From contig NW_025214216.1 of the NCBI RefSeq assembly GCF_004010195.1, positions 1 through 32,833 of the forward strand: a stretch of 32,833 nucleotides of DNA, written 5' to 3'. The DNA is from Chiloscyllium plagiosum. Its lineage: Eukaryota. Both the position numbers and the translations under genes were made by a program. Shown piece after piece: positions 8,725-20,230 of the stretch (within the stretch, counting starts at the first letter, position 1; every line of letters begins with the position of its first letter). Below the pieces are notes generated by a model that did no database searches, was not told where the DNA came from, and saw only the letters and a program-made list of their open reading frames with translations.

Positions 8725-11420
8725 GCTACATCTCCCCTTTTGACACATGGTCCTCACTGTGTGTTAATTGGCATGGAATGGGAATAATAATCGCGTTGAC
8801 AGGGTTTACCAATGGGGCCACACCACACCCATTCCCTCATTCTGCACCCTGCCATTTTCCATTCACGCTTGTCCTTCGGCGTGGCCTGCGACTCGACCTC
8901 CCATAAGTCTGCTTTGGATTACAAATATTTGACATACACATGTCAACTGATCACTTGGCGGCTGCAGGGCTGCTGTCCTTTCCGCTGAGTTTGCATTCGC
9001 ATTGCCTTGAGAAAGGGAATAGTACTTTTTCGTGTGGGCTTCACATTTACAGACAACAAATGATTTAGACGGAAGGACCGCTTCCAGGAGGTCCAAAGTC
9101 AGGCCACGGTGTATTTTGTGCTTTCCAGTGTAGGTCAAGAAGCCCCTGCGTTTCCACAGAGTTCCACAATTATGTACAACCCGAATGCATATCTGCTGTC
9201 TGTGTAAATATTCACTATCTTTCACTCAGCCAATTGACATGCCTCAGTCAAGGCAATCAGCTCTGCTGCTTGAGCTGACAGATGACAAGGGAGTGATTCC
9301 GCTTTGACTACCTCGTGGGTAGATACTACAGCATACCAAACACAATTGTGGCCTGTCCGTTTGCCCCTTAATGCGGACCCATTCACAAAAAAACGCAATA
9401 TCCTGATTCTGAGTTTGTGAATCCTGCACGTCCAGTCTTGGTGAGTTACAGCGACACAGTCATGTGGGTCTCTGTCTCCTGTTGTGGCGAGAAGGCTAGC
9501 AGCATGACGGACGTTACATCTCGTTATTGTAATGTTAGGCATCTCCAATAGTACGGTATTGTTTCTGAGCCAACGTGCTGCAGACATGTGTGCTGTGTTT
9601 TGCTCGGAAAACAGTAAGGATGCATGTGGGACCAGGAGGGTTAATTCTCCAAAGCTGACTGTGTCCCTGGACGCTACAACAAACTTTTTCAGCTGCAGCC
9701 AAGGCTTGCAGGCATATAGGCAATCCTGCCGCTACGGGGTCTAGGTTTAGCCAAAATGTAAACTACCTGCCTCAATTTTCCCACATTCTCCTGCATCAGC
9801 TCAGATGTCATGCATCTACCGTTTGTACAAAAGGCTTGTTTGGATTCGGACCCCCAGTGTAGGTGTGGTTTGGAGCGCCTTTTTAATTCAACTGCAACAG
9901 TCTCTGGTTCTGCAACTCTAAGCCATTGGAAGTTTCATTTAGTGGCGCCTCAAGGGTTGTGTAATTTTTTAGATTAGATTACAGTGTGGAAACAGGCCCT
10001 CCGACCCAACAAGTCCACATCGACCCGCCGAAGCGAAACCCACCCCTACCCCTACATTTACCCCTTACCTAACACTCCGGGCAATTTTTAGTATGGCCAA
10101 TTCACCTGACCTGCGCATCTTTGGACTGTGTGAGGAAACCGGAGCACACGGAGGAAATCCACACAGACACGGGGAGAACGTGCAGACTCCACACAGTCAG
10201 TCGCTTGAGGGGGGAATTGAACCCGGATCTCTGGCGCTGTGAGGCAGCAGTGCTAACCACCGTGCCGCCGTTGTGGGATAAAAAAATCGACAGTAAGTGT
10301 GCATGACCAAAAAGAATAGCAATTGTTACTTCGTGTGAGGCTTTGGATTTTGCTGGATTGCTTGAACTTTGTCTTGACCAATGCCCTTCCCTTGTTCAGA
10401 CAAGAAATGACCAAAGAACTTCACCTGTTGTTGCACAAATTGTAGATTTGCGAAACAAGCTTTATGCCCATTCCTGGCGAGATGGCAGAGCGACACAAGC
10501 GTATCTTTCTCACATTGTTCCTCTGTTGTTGCTGCTATTAAGCATTCGTCTACATTCTGCAGAAGCGCTGACCCCGGGGTTAAAACAAGAATCTCCAGAC
10601 TCCAGCATCGAGCCTCATTAATTATGGTGGGGGACTCACAGTCATCTTGACAAAGTCGCTTGAATGTATATGATTTGCCTTTGAGTAGAAAAGTGAACCA
10701 GAATTGACTTTCTGGGTGTACCGGTACACTAAAGAAGACATTTGATAAATCCATAGCAGAGAACCATTTACTGTCAGGTGGAATTTGAACTCATATAGTA
10801 CAAGGATTAGGAACATTTGGGGCGGGCGGAACAACAGTATAATTGACTACCTGCAGGTCATGAACAAAGCTCCGCTTCCCCGATTCACCTGGAATGTTTG
10901 CCTTTTTGACCAGAAAAATGGGGGCTCTCACCGGAGATTATCCACAAAGAATTATCACTAAAGCTTTCAGGAGGGATGCAAAGTAGTATCCTTTGGCAGT
11001 CTCGTGTTTTAACGGGTCTCGTGCTCTCCATGGACGATACACAGACTTCCGGGCTATTCTTATGGGTTCACAGCTTCCTATGAACCCCACATCACGTTTG
11101 CCTTTTGCTCTGCACTCAGTAGGGACCCTTCTTAATCTTGGGTCCGTGACATCTACCATACCTAATCGCCAGGCTACCCTCTTGGTGGGGGTTACCTGGA
11201 CTGCTCCATCTGCCTGAGTTAGCTAATTTAATTTCTTCATATCTGTCCTTATGTGTGCATTGAATCAGGTACGCACATCGTCGCTGAAAATACAATCTTT
11301 CGTTTTTTTTGTGCCTGCAGTATGCATCGTCTCAAATTCTGCCACCTCTCGCTGGATTCCTTCGGCAATGGTACGTGAGGAAAGGTGCCTTCCACATCAA
11401 AAGGATTTTTTTTCTCATTC
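8725..11420 (-). mobile_element. pol: Endogenous retrovirus pol relic (fish class I / epsilon-like): RT, tether, RNase H, start of integrase
   Basis: DLSNVFFSVPVHPESQFWF...ESPTI...LLQNVDECLIAA (YVDD decayed); RNase H FVNGSA, SAQAAELIALTEAC, IYTDSRYAF, KCEAHT; integrase start THSEDHVSKGEM. Many stops and frameshifts; no LTR, gag or env seen. Confidence 0.93.
9968..10271 (-). mobile_element. HE1-like tRNA-derived SINE, near full length, inserted in the ERV RT
   Basis: Minus head GGCACGGTGGTTAGCACTGCTGCCTCACAGCGCCAGAGATCCGGGTTCAATTCCC (A and B boxes), core GTGTGGATTTCCTCCGTGTGCTCCGGTTTCCTCACACAGTCCAAAGATG, tail CCTGTTTCCACACTGTAATCTAATCTAA. Confidence 0.93.
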
Positions 11421-11614
11421 CTTGACTGTTTGTCCCTGATATGGTAGTTTACTGGCCTTGTATGTTTGCTATTATGTCGGTTTAACTTTACATTTTTTTC
11501 TGTCTGTCTGCAACACATGCCTCTGCAAAGTCAGGTAATTACTTATTTGTTTCCTTGTGCTTTTATTGGATTCAAAATAAATGCTAATTTACCATTACAA
11601 TGGACATCACATTA

Positions 11615-11675
11615 TTTTACAGGTTGCGGCAACAGCGAGGGCCGAAGTGCCTGTACTGCATTGTAACGTTCGATG
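11615..11675 (+). mobile_element. Short CR1 LINE 3'-end fragment
   Basis: Reverse complement matches 21590-21640 (aacattacagcgcagtacaggccattcggcactcgatgttg). Confidence 0.65.
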
Positions 11676-11939
11676 TTGTCAGTTACATTTCCTGCTGGTT
11701 TCAGATATCTCTCCTCACTCTGGAAGCTCCCGGTCGCATGTTCCAGAGATTTGTCTGCACTTCAGTTAATCGAGGCAACTGTATTTCCTGCTCAGAATGT
11801 GATCTCTCTCCAAAGGAGAGAGGAAAATAAAGTCGGTGACAAAGCTGAGATCACTTACGTTATGTCCAGAATCAACAAAAACTATCCCGATCTTCCAGTC
11901 TCCTATAACTTCAACATTACACTGTGTTCCCACCATTCT

Positions 11940-12050
11940 GGCTCTCTGCTTGTATTCCTGATGAAGGGCTGTTGCCCGAAACGTCGATTTCACTGCTTCT
12001 CGGATGCTGACTGAACTGCTGTGCTTTTCCAACACCACTCAAATCTAGAC
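11940..12050 (+). mobile_element. Penelope-like terminal repeat with hammerhead-like core
   Basis: CTGATGA-A-GGGC-tgtt-GCCC-GAAACGTC at 11958-11985, then ggatgctgactgaactgctgtgcttttcc. Confidence 0.8.
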
Positions 12051-12059
12051 ACTGTTCCA

Positions 12060-12355
12060 GGCCACCATTTCAGTCTCTGATTTGCTGCAGTGCTCCTTCA
12101 AGACACAACACAAGCTGGAAGACACGCAACTCATTTTCTACCGGCAGACCATGAAATCTTTAGGACCCAACATCAAGTTCAATCATTTTAGAAACCGTCC
12201 GCCCTCTTACACATTCTTCACCCACCCTCCCTTCCCATTAGTTCTGAAGACGGATCGTTGGACTCGAAGCGTTAACTTTCCTTCCTCATCAGAGATAGAC
12301 AAGAGCTGCTGATTTTGTTCAGACCTTTTGGGTTTTCTTCTGAGAACTTTGTTTT
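12060..12355 (+). mobile_element. Second Penelope-like family, ORF C-terminus and terminal repeat
   Basis: LLQCSFKTQHKLEDTQLIFYRQTMKSLGPNIKFNHFR, then ctgaagacggatcgttggactcgaagcgttaac. Confidence 0.75.
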
Positions 12356-12374
12356 TCTGTTGTAATCGCCAGAT

Positions 12375-12790
12375 ACTGGAAGCGTCTGAATGCAGGAGGA
12401 GAATTTCACAGGAGATGAAAAGAATGGAAAGGGTTTGACCACTCCCATTGTAAAGGTACGCGAGCTAGGCTGGGGATGTTGCTCTAAGCGCGGAGAAGGC
12501 TGAATAAGAAACCGATTAACGTGCTCATTTTATGAAGAGGATTGATATGTGTGACAGGGATAAGCCTGTATTGGGAAGGAACAGCGTAACATAAATGAAA
12601 GACAGGAGACAAGGAGGAGATTTAGGAAGAATACTTTCACCTATAGAGTATTGATTATCCGGAAATTATTATCTGAATCTGTGGTAAAGGTAAGTGTCAT
12701 GAGAACGTTTCAGCAGTCTGTAGCCGAACACTTGATGAGCCAGTGCACTAGTGGATAAGGACCAGGTATCATAAAGTGTGACAAGGACAG
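12375..12790 (+). mobile_element. Old CR1-type LINE 3' fragment
   Basis: agctaggctgggg..ggagaaggctga..gaggattgat..gacaggga..aggagatttaggaagaatactttcacc, i.e. RRLRGDL...RGDxRKNFFT-like. Confidence 0.7.
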
Positions 12791-12863
12791 ACAGGCGCGA
12801 GATGGTGTCCTGAATGCAATGCGTCAAAGGCAAACTAGTGTGCTTAAACGCAACGGCTGGCGC

Positions 12864-12944
12864 GGTTCTGTGGCGCAATGGAAAGTGCGTTAGTACTTCT
12901 ATAGCTCTATTCAAAGGTTGTGGGTTCGAATCCCATCCGAATTG
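12864..12944 (+). tRNA. tRNA-Arg(TCT) with short intron, best-preserved promoter, probably a pseudogene
   Basis: GGTTCTGTGGCGCAATGGAAAGTGCGTTAGTACTTCTA-tagctct-ATTCAAAGGTTGTGGGTTCGAATCCCATCCGAATTG, then CGTTTT. Intact A and B boxes; mismatches in the acceptor and anticodon stems. Confidence 0.9.
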
Positions 12945-14046
12945 CGTTTTAATTTATGTTTTGCAAAGTGGTCAGACCAGACTCGGCTGCTCATCAACAA
13001 AACCAGTAATATTCGTGCATAAACCTAACTGTCTCGAAACGGAAAATTTTCCTCCCACAGATTTACATTATAGATGTCTATTTATGGTAGAGATCGATAA
13101 ATACCTGTTAGCCAGTACGATGTTGTGGATGGGCTTGAAAAAGACATAAAATTGTTGTGTGAGCCATGATGATATCAAATTACGTGGCAGGACAAGATCG
13201 GTGTTAAGAATGGCCTCCTTCTGCTCCTTTGTGTCTGTGCCATTTCTGGCCAAGTTTTTTAAATAATCACAATGAGAACAATATGAATTAAACGCCAAAT
13301 AATATTTTGGTCTCATCTCCACTTCGCTTCCCTCCCGGCTGGAATAGACAGCTCTTATTTCAGCTTTAGATCAGACAGCGCAGGATTCTCACAAGTTCTC
13401 CTTCAGGCTGAATGCTCCTTCACATAGGTTTCCAAGTGGACACATGGAGCAAGCAATTGCATGGATGCTGGGGATTCAGCGGCAGATTTCCCCTTTGCTG
13501 GGCTGGAATTCTGGCCAAGGTAATGAACGTGAATTTCTGACATTTTGAATCTTACTCTGGATTCTTTCGGCTTTACGAATTAAACTGAATTTAATTTGCC
13601 CTTGCAGAACATTATTCAATCTTCACTGTGCATAAAAATCCATGCCACATGTTCGTGCACGTAGTATGTTGAACATTGTTGATGTTGTGTGCAGTGTGAG
13701 TCGATGTCTCAGATGAACATGCCAAAGGAAGTTGGTGAAATATCAGTGAATCGAATTGTCTGACGAATTGAAGCCGATAGAAGGAAAATCCCAGTACAAT
13801 GGCCACATAACATTGCCTGTGACCAACGCAGGAAGCCATGGTAAATGTATGCAGTATTCAATAAAACCGATTTTCACCACATTTATCTATGCCATTTTCC
13901 TGAAGCCGATGCTTCATAATCGATGATCCATTATCAGTATAACCACCTCTGCACTGCGTTTCATTTCAGATACACAGAAAAAATAAGTAATTGGGTTGAG
14001 GGGCCCAGTGGTAAGATCAGGAGCCGTTCGTCACCATTAGACGGCA

Positions 14047-14142
14047 GGTCCAGTGGTGCAGTTAGTTAGCTTGCTGTACTTGCATGACAGAATGGCAGCA
14101 CATGAACTGCCAAAGTTGTGCATTGGATTCTCGCCAGGTGTT
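14047..14142 (+). pseudogene. tRNA-Ile(TAT)-derived pseudogene with intron
   Basis: GGTCCAGTGGTGCAGTTAGTTAGCTTGCTGTACTTGCATGACAG...TGCCAAAGTTGTGCATTGGATTCTCGCCAGG versus GCTCCAGTGGCGCAATCGGTTAGCGCGCGGTACTTATATGACAG...TGCCGAGGTTGTGAGTTCGATCCTCACCTGG. Confidence 0.8.
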
Positions 14143-14224
14143 TGTTTTACTGATACTGACAAGAGATGATTGCAACTTCAAGCTGAAGAACAGTTTAAAC
14201 CCGGAATATTACATTGCAATAAAG

Positions 14225-17200
14225 TGCTTTTGGCACGAATGTTGCACCGACCTGTAAGACCAATCTGAAGTCCATCTGACCAGCATTTTGACATTTTTAG
14301 CCGTAAGTTTATCCAATGATCATTTAATTGCCCTGAAGGTTGGTGAGTCTACGACTGTTGAAGACAAGGCGTTCTGCACTCTTACTACTCTCTGAGAAAG
14401 GCATCTCCCTTGGCATCTGTCACTCTCAAAATGCATCGATATGCCCTTGTGCCAACCATCACCATTTGAAGAAAATGCCTTCACTGTCCACCTTACGGCA
14501 AACTCTGATCATCTTTTATGTCTCTATTAATTCACTTCTCAAAACTTCTTATCTCTATCAAAAACAGCCTCAAGTCCCTCAGCCTTTCCGCGTAAGACCT
14601 TCCCTTCACAGAAGGTAACATCCTAGGAAAACCCGTCTGCAACTTTTCCAATGCTTTCACATCCGTCCTATAATGTGGCGACCAGAACTGCACGCAAATC
14701 GACAAGTTTGGCCATGCCAGACAAATGTCTGGAGCAGCAAAGTGATCGTTTGGCCCTGAAACTAAATCCCTCTCCCAATAAAAACTAACACACTGTGCTC
14801 ATTGCATACAAATCCATCTAGGTGTGTGTTAACTTTCAGAGTTTTATGTACATGGACGCCGAGATCGCTCTGGTCATCTAAGCTTCCAAGAATATTACAA
14901 TTAGCCCAGAACGTTATATTCTTGTTGCTCATTCCAAAGTAAATCACCTCACACTTTTCCACAATAACCTCCATATGCCAACTCTGAGCCCCGATCTTCA
15001 GATTATTCATGTCCGTCTGTAACCTGCAGCAGACTTCGGCACTGTTGACAACTCCATCGATTTAGTGTGTTTTGCGAATTTACTCATCCATCATCCCATG
15101 CCCGAACCCAGGTCATTTATAAAGGTGACAAACAGCAGTGGACCCAAAAAGGAACCTTTTGGTACACCATGAGTAACTGAACTCCAGGATGAATATTTTC
15201 CATTAACTACCACACTCTGTGTTCTTTCAGCGAGCCAATTACTGATCTTAACCGCTAACTCACCGTCAATCCCATGTCTCTGTATTTTATAGAACAGCCG
15301 ACCGTGCCTTCGTGAAAATCATATCCACCATGTTAACCACTTTACTCTCATCCACCTGTTTGTTGACCTTTTCAGAAAGCTCAATAAAGTTTGTGAGGCA
15401 CAACCTGCTATTCACAAAATCGTGTTGACTGTTGCGAATCAACTTGTTCCTTCTTCGGTGATCATAAATCATATCTCTAATAATCTTTCCGAAACGTTCA
15501 CCCATAAGGAAATATGACGACTGTTCTATAATTACCAGCGTTCTCCCTACTCCCCTTCGTGAAGAAGGAGACAATATTTGCTGAACTCGATTCTTCTCGC
15601 AGTAATCACATAGAAACTGACGAAATAAAGTTGGAAGTCAAAAGTTCTGCAATCTCCTCCCACGATTCCCAGAGAATCCTAGCATACATCCCATCAAGCC
15701 AAGAGGACAAATCTATTTTCAGGCTTTCAAGAATTGCTAACACTCGTATTTATGAATGTCAATTTCATTTATTCTAACAGATTGCATCTCAAAATTCTCT
15801 TCGACAACATTGTCTTTTTCATTTGAGATATGATGGAAAATATACATTCAGCGCCTCTCCTATCCTCGGACTCCGTTGACGACTTCCTACTGCTGTTCTT
15901 GACAGGCCCGAATCATATGCCAGATATTCTTTTATTCTTGAAATGACAAGAGAAAGCTTCAGGGTTTTAAATGACCCTGCCAGCTAACGATTTTTTATGT
16001 CCCCTCTTCGCTCTGAGTAGCTCTCTATTTTGGCCCTTCCTTGCTAGCTTTTAATTTTCAAGTGCCCTAACTCAGCCTACATATTTCATGTTTAGACACA
16101 CTGCCATCTCCCTTTTGACAGGAAATTCAACTTTTTGAGTAAAAATTGCTCCCTGTCTTACCCTCATATTCCCTGCATGACGCACACATACTTATCAAGG
16201 ACATGCATGAGCGCTTCCCTGAACAAGCTCCATATTTCAAGTGTGCAAAACCCCTGCGTTTGCTTTCCCATCTGGTGCATTCTAACTCTTGCCTGATTGC
16301 ATCATACTGGCCTTTCTCCAAACAGAACCTCATACTCTGCTATATATATATATATACATATATATATAATATTTGGAAAGTTAAACTTCCCTACTACAAC
16401 TACCCTGTTACTTCCGTTCCTATCCAGAATCATGTTGGCAATCTTTTCCTCCATATCTCTAGAACATTTTGGTGGGGACCTCCACTTGCCTGATTTTAAT
16501 CTCAGAATATTCTAGTTCAGCAGATTGAGTCGGGTCCTCACCAAATATCCTTTATGCTACTATAATACTGTCTTTGACTAAAAATGCCATGTCTCCCCCT
16601 CTCTAACGACTTTCCTGTTCTTACTGAAAAGACGAAACTGAGGTGCCTGGAACAACCATTCCTTTCAGTGCTCCATTATGTCTCTGAAATGGCCACAATA
16701 TTGAAGCCCCTGTCAACAACCCATGACACCCACGTTATATCAGATGCTCCTAGCGGTGAAGTAGGTACACTTCAAACCAACTTCATCCTTGCCAACATTC
16801 AGTTGCAAACCCGAAAATCGATTTATGTCCTAACCACTCAAAACTTCCTGCAAACTGCAGCTAAAATTTAGGTTCGCACTCTGCTGCTGAATTCGTTTAA
16901 ACCCTCTTGAGGAGCTTTAGAAATTTATCCACTCAGCATATTGGTACCCTTCCGGTTCAGGTAAAGACCATCCTGTTTGTTGAGGTCCAACCAACTCCAA
17001 AATATGCCCCAACTATCCAGATGTCCAAATCCCTATCATCGGCACCGTCATTACAACCACGTGTTCATCTGCTCTCTCTCTATTTTTTTCCCTCACTATA
17101 ACGTGGCATGTGTAAACAATCAGAGAGAAAATCTCTGTTTGATCTCGATCTAAGATATTACCTGGATCCCTGAGTTTCTGCCATGCATCCACATCACTTT

Positions 17201-17480
17201 TATTATATATGTTGTTAGTGTGTTTGTGAAACATGACCTCGGGCTGCTCCCCCTCCCCTGAAGTATCTTGAAAACACGCTGCGAGACATCACAAACCCTG
17301 GTAACTTGGAGGTATCACATCAATCATGAGCCTGCCCTGTACCCACAGAAACTGCAATCTGTCCCCCTCACTATGTAGTTCTCAATAACTATTGCTCTCC
17401 GCCACTTCCCCCTACCCTTCTGATCACAGGGACAAACACTATGCTATAGATCTTTACCCCATGGTTTACCCCTCGTAGCT
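14225..17480 (-). mobile_element. Long degenerate CR1/HER1 LINE (ORF1 esterase-like region, APE, RT, 3' end) with internal deletions
   Basis: RAIVI..IVRGTD..FCG (ORF1, ~17400-17300); LIRNSQHDFVNSRLCLTNFIE; EKCEVIYFG..DLGVHVHKTLKV; 3' end matches 21600-21670. Confidence 0.92.
16341..16369. repeat. (TA)n microsatellite within the LINE
   Basis: tatatatatatatatacatatatatataa. Confidence 0.95.
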
Positions 17481-17489
17481 CATCCCATA

Positions 17490-17663
17490 CAAACACACAC
17501 ACACACACGCATATGTGTGTGTGTGTGTAAATTCAGAATATTTGGAATGGATGGTCGACCATTTGAATGTTCTTCCCGTCGAATGTGCGAGCTATATGTA
17601 TGTACATACATATAAATGTGTGTCCGCATGCATGTATGTGTGTGTGTGTGTGTGCATATATAT
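17490..17663. repeat. (CA)n/(TG)n/(TA)n microsatellite patch
   Basis: (AC)8-GCATAT-(GT)7 at 17493-17528 and mixed TA/TG runs at 17592-17663. Confidence 0.9.
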
Positions 17664-19414
17664 TAAAAAGTTGCAAAAGAACATTGAGTAAAACAGCATT
17701 TATTCAAAAAAATCTGATTTTGTGGAGTGTTCTCTCCTTGGGAAATACCTCAGTCACTTAAGACCAGTCATAAAGACCCTCTGAGTGAATATCTATTACT
17801 CACGAGAGATACAGAGGTGATTTTTGAAGTCGATGACGTTTCTCATGTCGCTGAACCTGCGCTGTGTTAAATTCTGGAAAGGAGGTTCAGCTCGCTTCAT
17901 ATTACTAATTTTGCTGCAAACTTGCACAGTCCATAAAAACAATCCAAAAATGATTAGGTTTATCTCATTGGACACTTTGCCTGTTATCAGAAAAACTGGA
18001 ATAGAAGTGACAAATATGTACTGCTATGAAGATTACAGAATTCAAACAGGGTTTTTTTCATGTCTTGTCACTAGATATGGTTGGGCGAATGAGTGAGCAG
18101 CAAATGAACTCACTCCCTTCTCTGTGATTGCAGCCAAATTTTCCAATGCAACAGATGAAAGAACAAAGGTACATTACATAGCAGGTCAGTTCCAACTCAC
18201 GATAGTATAGTTTCACTTTGATGTTCGCCATCTTCTAAATTATTCGCTGAGTGGGGAGATCAGGATCCTGAAGGTATGCTGAGACATTGCTAGAATTATT
18301 CCCACACTGTTGGCATCACTTTATATCATAAACCAGTAATGCAGCGGAATGAGCTAACCGGCTTCCATTTAATGCTGAGCTAACACACAGATCTCAGTTC
18401 TTTTACAATTTATAGAAGTTCATGTGGAACAAGCTGCTAAACCTTTCCTCACAATCCGCTCATTCTATACTTAGTCGTGCTCAGTTGCAGGTGTTATGAG
18501 GTTTCTTTCCAGTAAACGTTAACCAATTAAAGAGTGTGCACCGAACGCGTACCCATGATGTCCGCCCAGATTCCCTGTCCCCGTGAAATTTATTCCTTTC
18601 GTGCCTGCATGTGTCTTCACAAATATATTAGAATCAGCTTCTGAATATTTTTTTCCTGAGAAAACGTAAACATTTTCGAGTTCAATAGCTGTAGAAGGAA
18701 AAAGATTGCGAGCTCCAAACTTCTCTTTATCATTCATCGCTGGTTTTGAAGTTCTATAATCTTGAAATAGATCCATCTGAATGAGGGAATTTCCCCCCTG
18801 TTTACTCTCGCTAAATTCACATCGCCTAGAAACCTTCTATACGGACAAAACTCAGTTTTACCTGGTGTCACGCCTCATGATTTATTCATCTTTTGCATCA
18901 TTCCATGAAACCCCGCTTTATCTTTTCAAATGGCATTGTCCCCCACTACATCGTTAGCTTCCTTTCCATTATTCTGTTTCCAAGTAAACACTGTCCATTC
19001 TTCCTGACGTCTTTTCGTTCCAGTCATCGCCATCCATGTCTTTTATCATCTCTTTATGTCCCAGTATAGTCCATGTTAAGAAAGGATGCTGGGGTCAGAA
19101 CAACACATGAAAACCCGCTATAATGCTGTATACGACCATTACCAATGGAGAGAAAATGGGAGGTAGTTCAGTCAAAAGTGAATCCGTTGGTTGTTGCACA
19201 ATGGATCAATCACTGATTGGGTCATGACTGTTTTTCCTCACTTTTCTCCCCTGTCTGAACATTTGCTAAAGCAACACAATAAGGGAACATGTAATACATA
19301 CATTTCAGAAACTGACTATTCGATGCAACAAATGAACACCTTTTCTCCAGGGATTAACCCTCACAGAACAAATCCTTACTCTTTTTCTCTTCATTTTCTC
19401 TTGAATAGAACACC

Positions 19415-19495
19415 TTACTGTCAGTCGACCCAGTTGTAGCAAATCATATCTCTGGCGCTGTGAGGCAGCAGTGATAACCAGTGAGCCACCTTGCG
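19415..19495 (-). mobile_element. HE1-like SINE 5' head fragment
   Basis: atctctggcgctgtgaggcagcagtgataaccag is nearly identical to 10228-10260. Confidence 0.8.
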
Positions 19496-19600
19496 GCACT
19501 GTACAATATTGCAAGGCACATGTGGACGCGTTTAAAATGCGATTCCTGTCAACGATGCTCTACTTTTGATGTTGCCCGCATCAGGAACAATAAATCCTGA

Positions 19601-19672
19601 TTCCCTGACCAAGAAATGAACTCAAACCACAGCGGTGAAAGCGCTGCATTGTAACCAATAGTCGACCAGGAA
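19601..19672 (-). tRNA. tRNA-Glu(TTC), degenerate, probable pseudogene
   Basis: Minus strand TTCCTGGTCGACTATTGGTTACAATGCAGCGCTTTCACCGCTGTGGTTTGAGTTCATTTCTTGGTCAGGGAA. 72 nt, ungapped to vertebrate Glu. Acceptor and anticodon stems still pair. Confidence 0.9.
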
Positions 19673-20230
19673 GGAGGGCATGTGCAATTGCGTCTTCTCT
19701 GAACAGCATAGGTTTCTTTTCCTGCGATGAGAAATTCCTTCCAAAAATGAGTGTTCGTGAAACCGTGCCTTTACACCGCAGATTAATACATTATGTCAGT
19801 GCCAGTCGTCAAACATCCAAATATTCTCGTTTCCAGTTTCCACCAATTGGCCCACAGCCTGACGTCTGAAGTATTCATCTGAATGTGACTTTCCCTGCAA
19901 AGTTTTAATCTCAAATGCACCAGCGAATGAGGCTGATGTCAGATACCGTCAAATTTGTTCATGAACTGTGGGAAAACTGAACCTCAGTTTGACCCATAGA
20001 GGGAACAATACAGACACATCTGTTGAAAGTGACAAAGGCCTCAAGAGAGCCCAACTTCCATAAAATGTGGAATTGACCCGTTTGGCCTCTTTTTCTTCAC
20101 TACAAGCTTTAAAATCCGATTGTGTTTACATTATCAGATGGGTAAACAGGCAGGAGGCTGTCCTTCGAGGACTGCCCCAATCGTGAATAATTTGTACCCG
20201 CTAATTGTTGACTTCTCCACCTTTGAGGCA

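Noticed and set aside
13350..13850. Two plus-strand exon-like segments with AG/GT boundaries
   Set aside because: The second segment has stops in all three frames and no recognisable product; splice-like motifs arise by chance.
18519..19140. ORF 18519-18776 and surroundings
   Set aside because: No recognisable protein; possibly a very old minus-strand CR1 fragment, too degraded to delimit.
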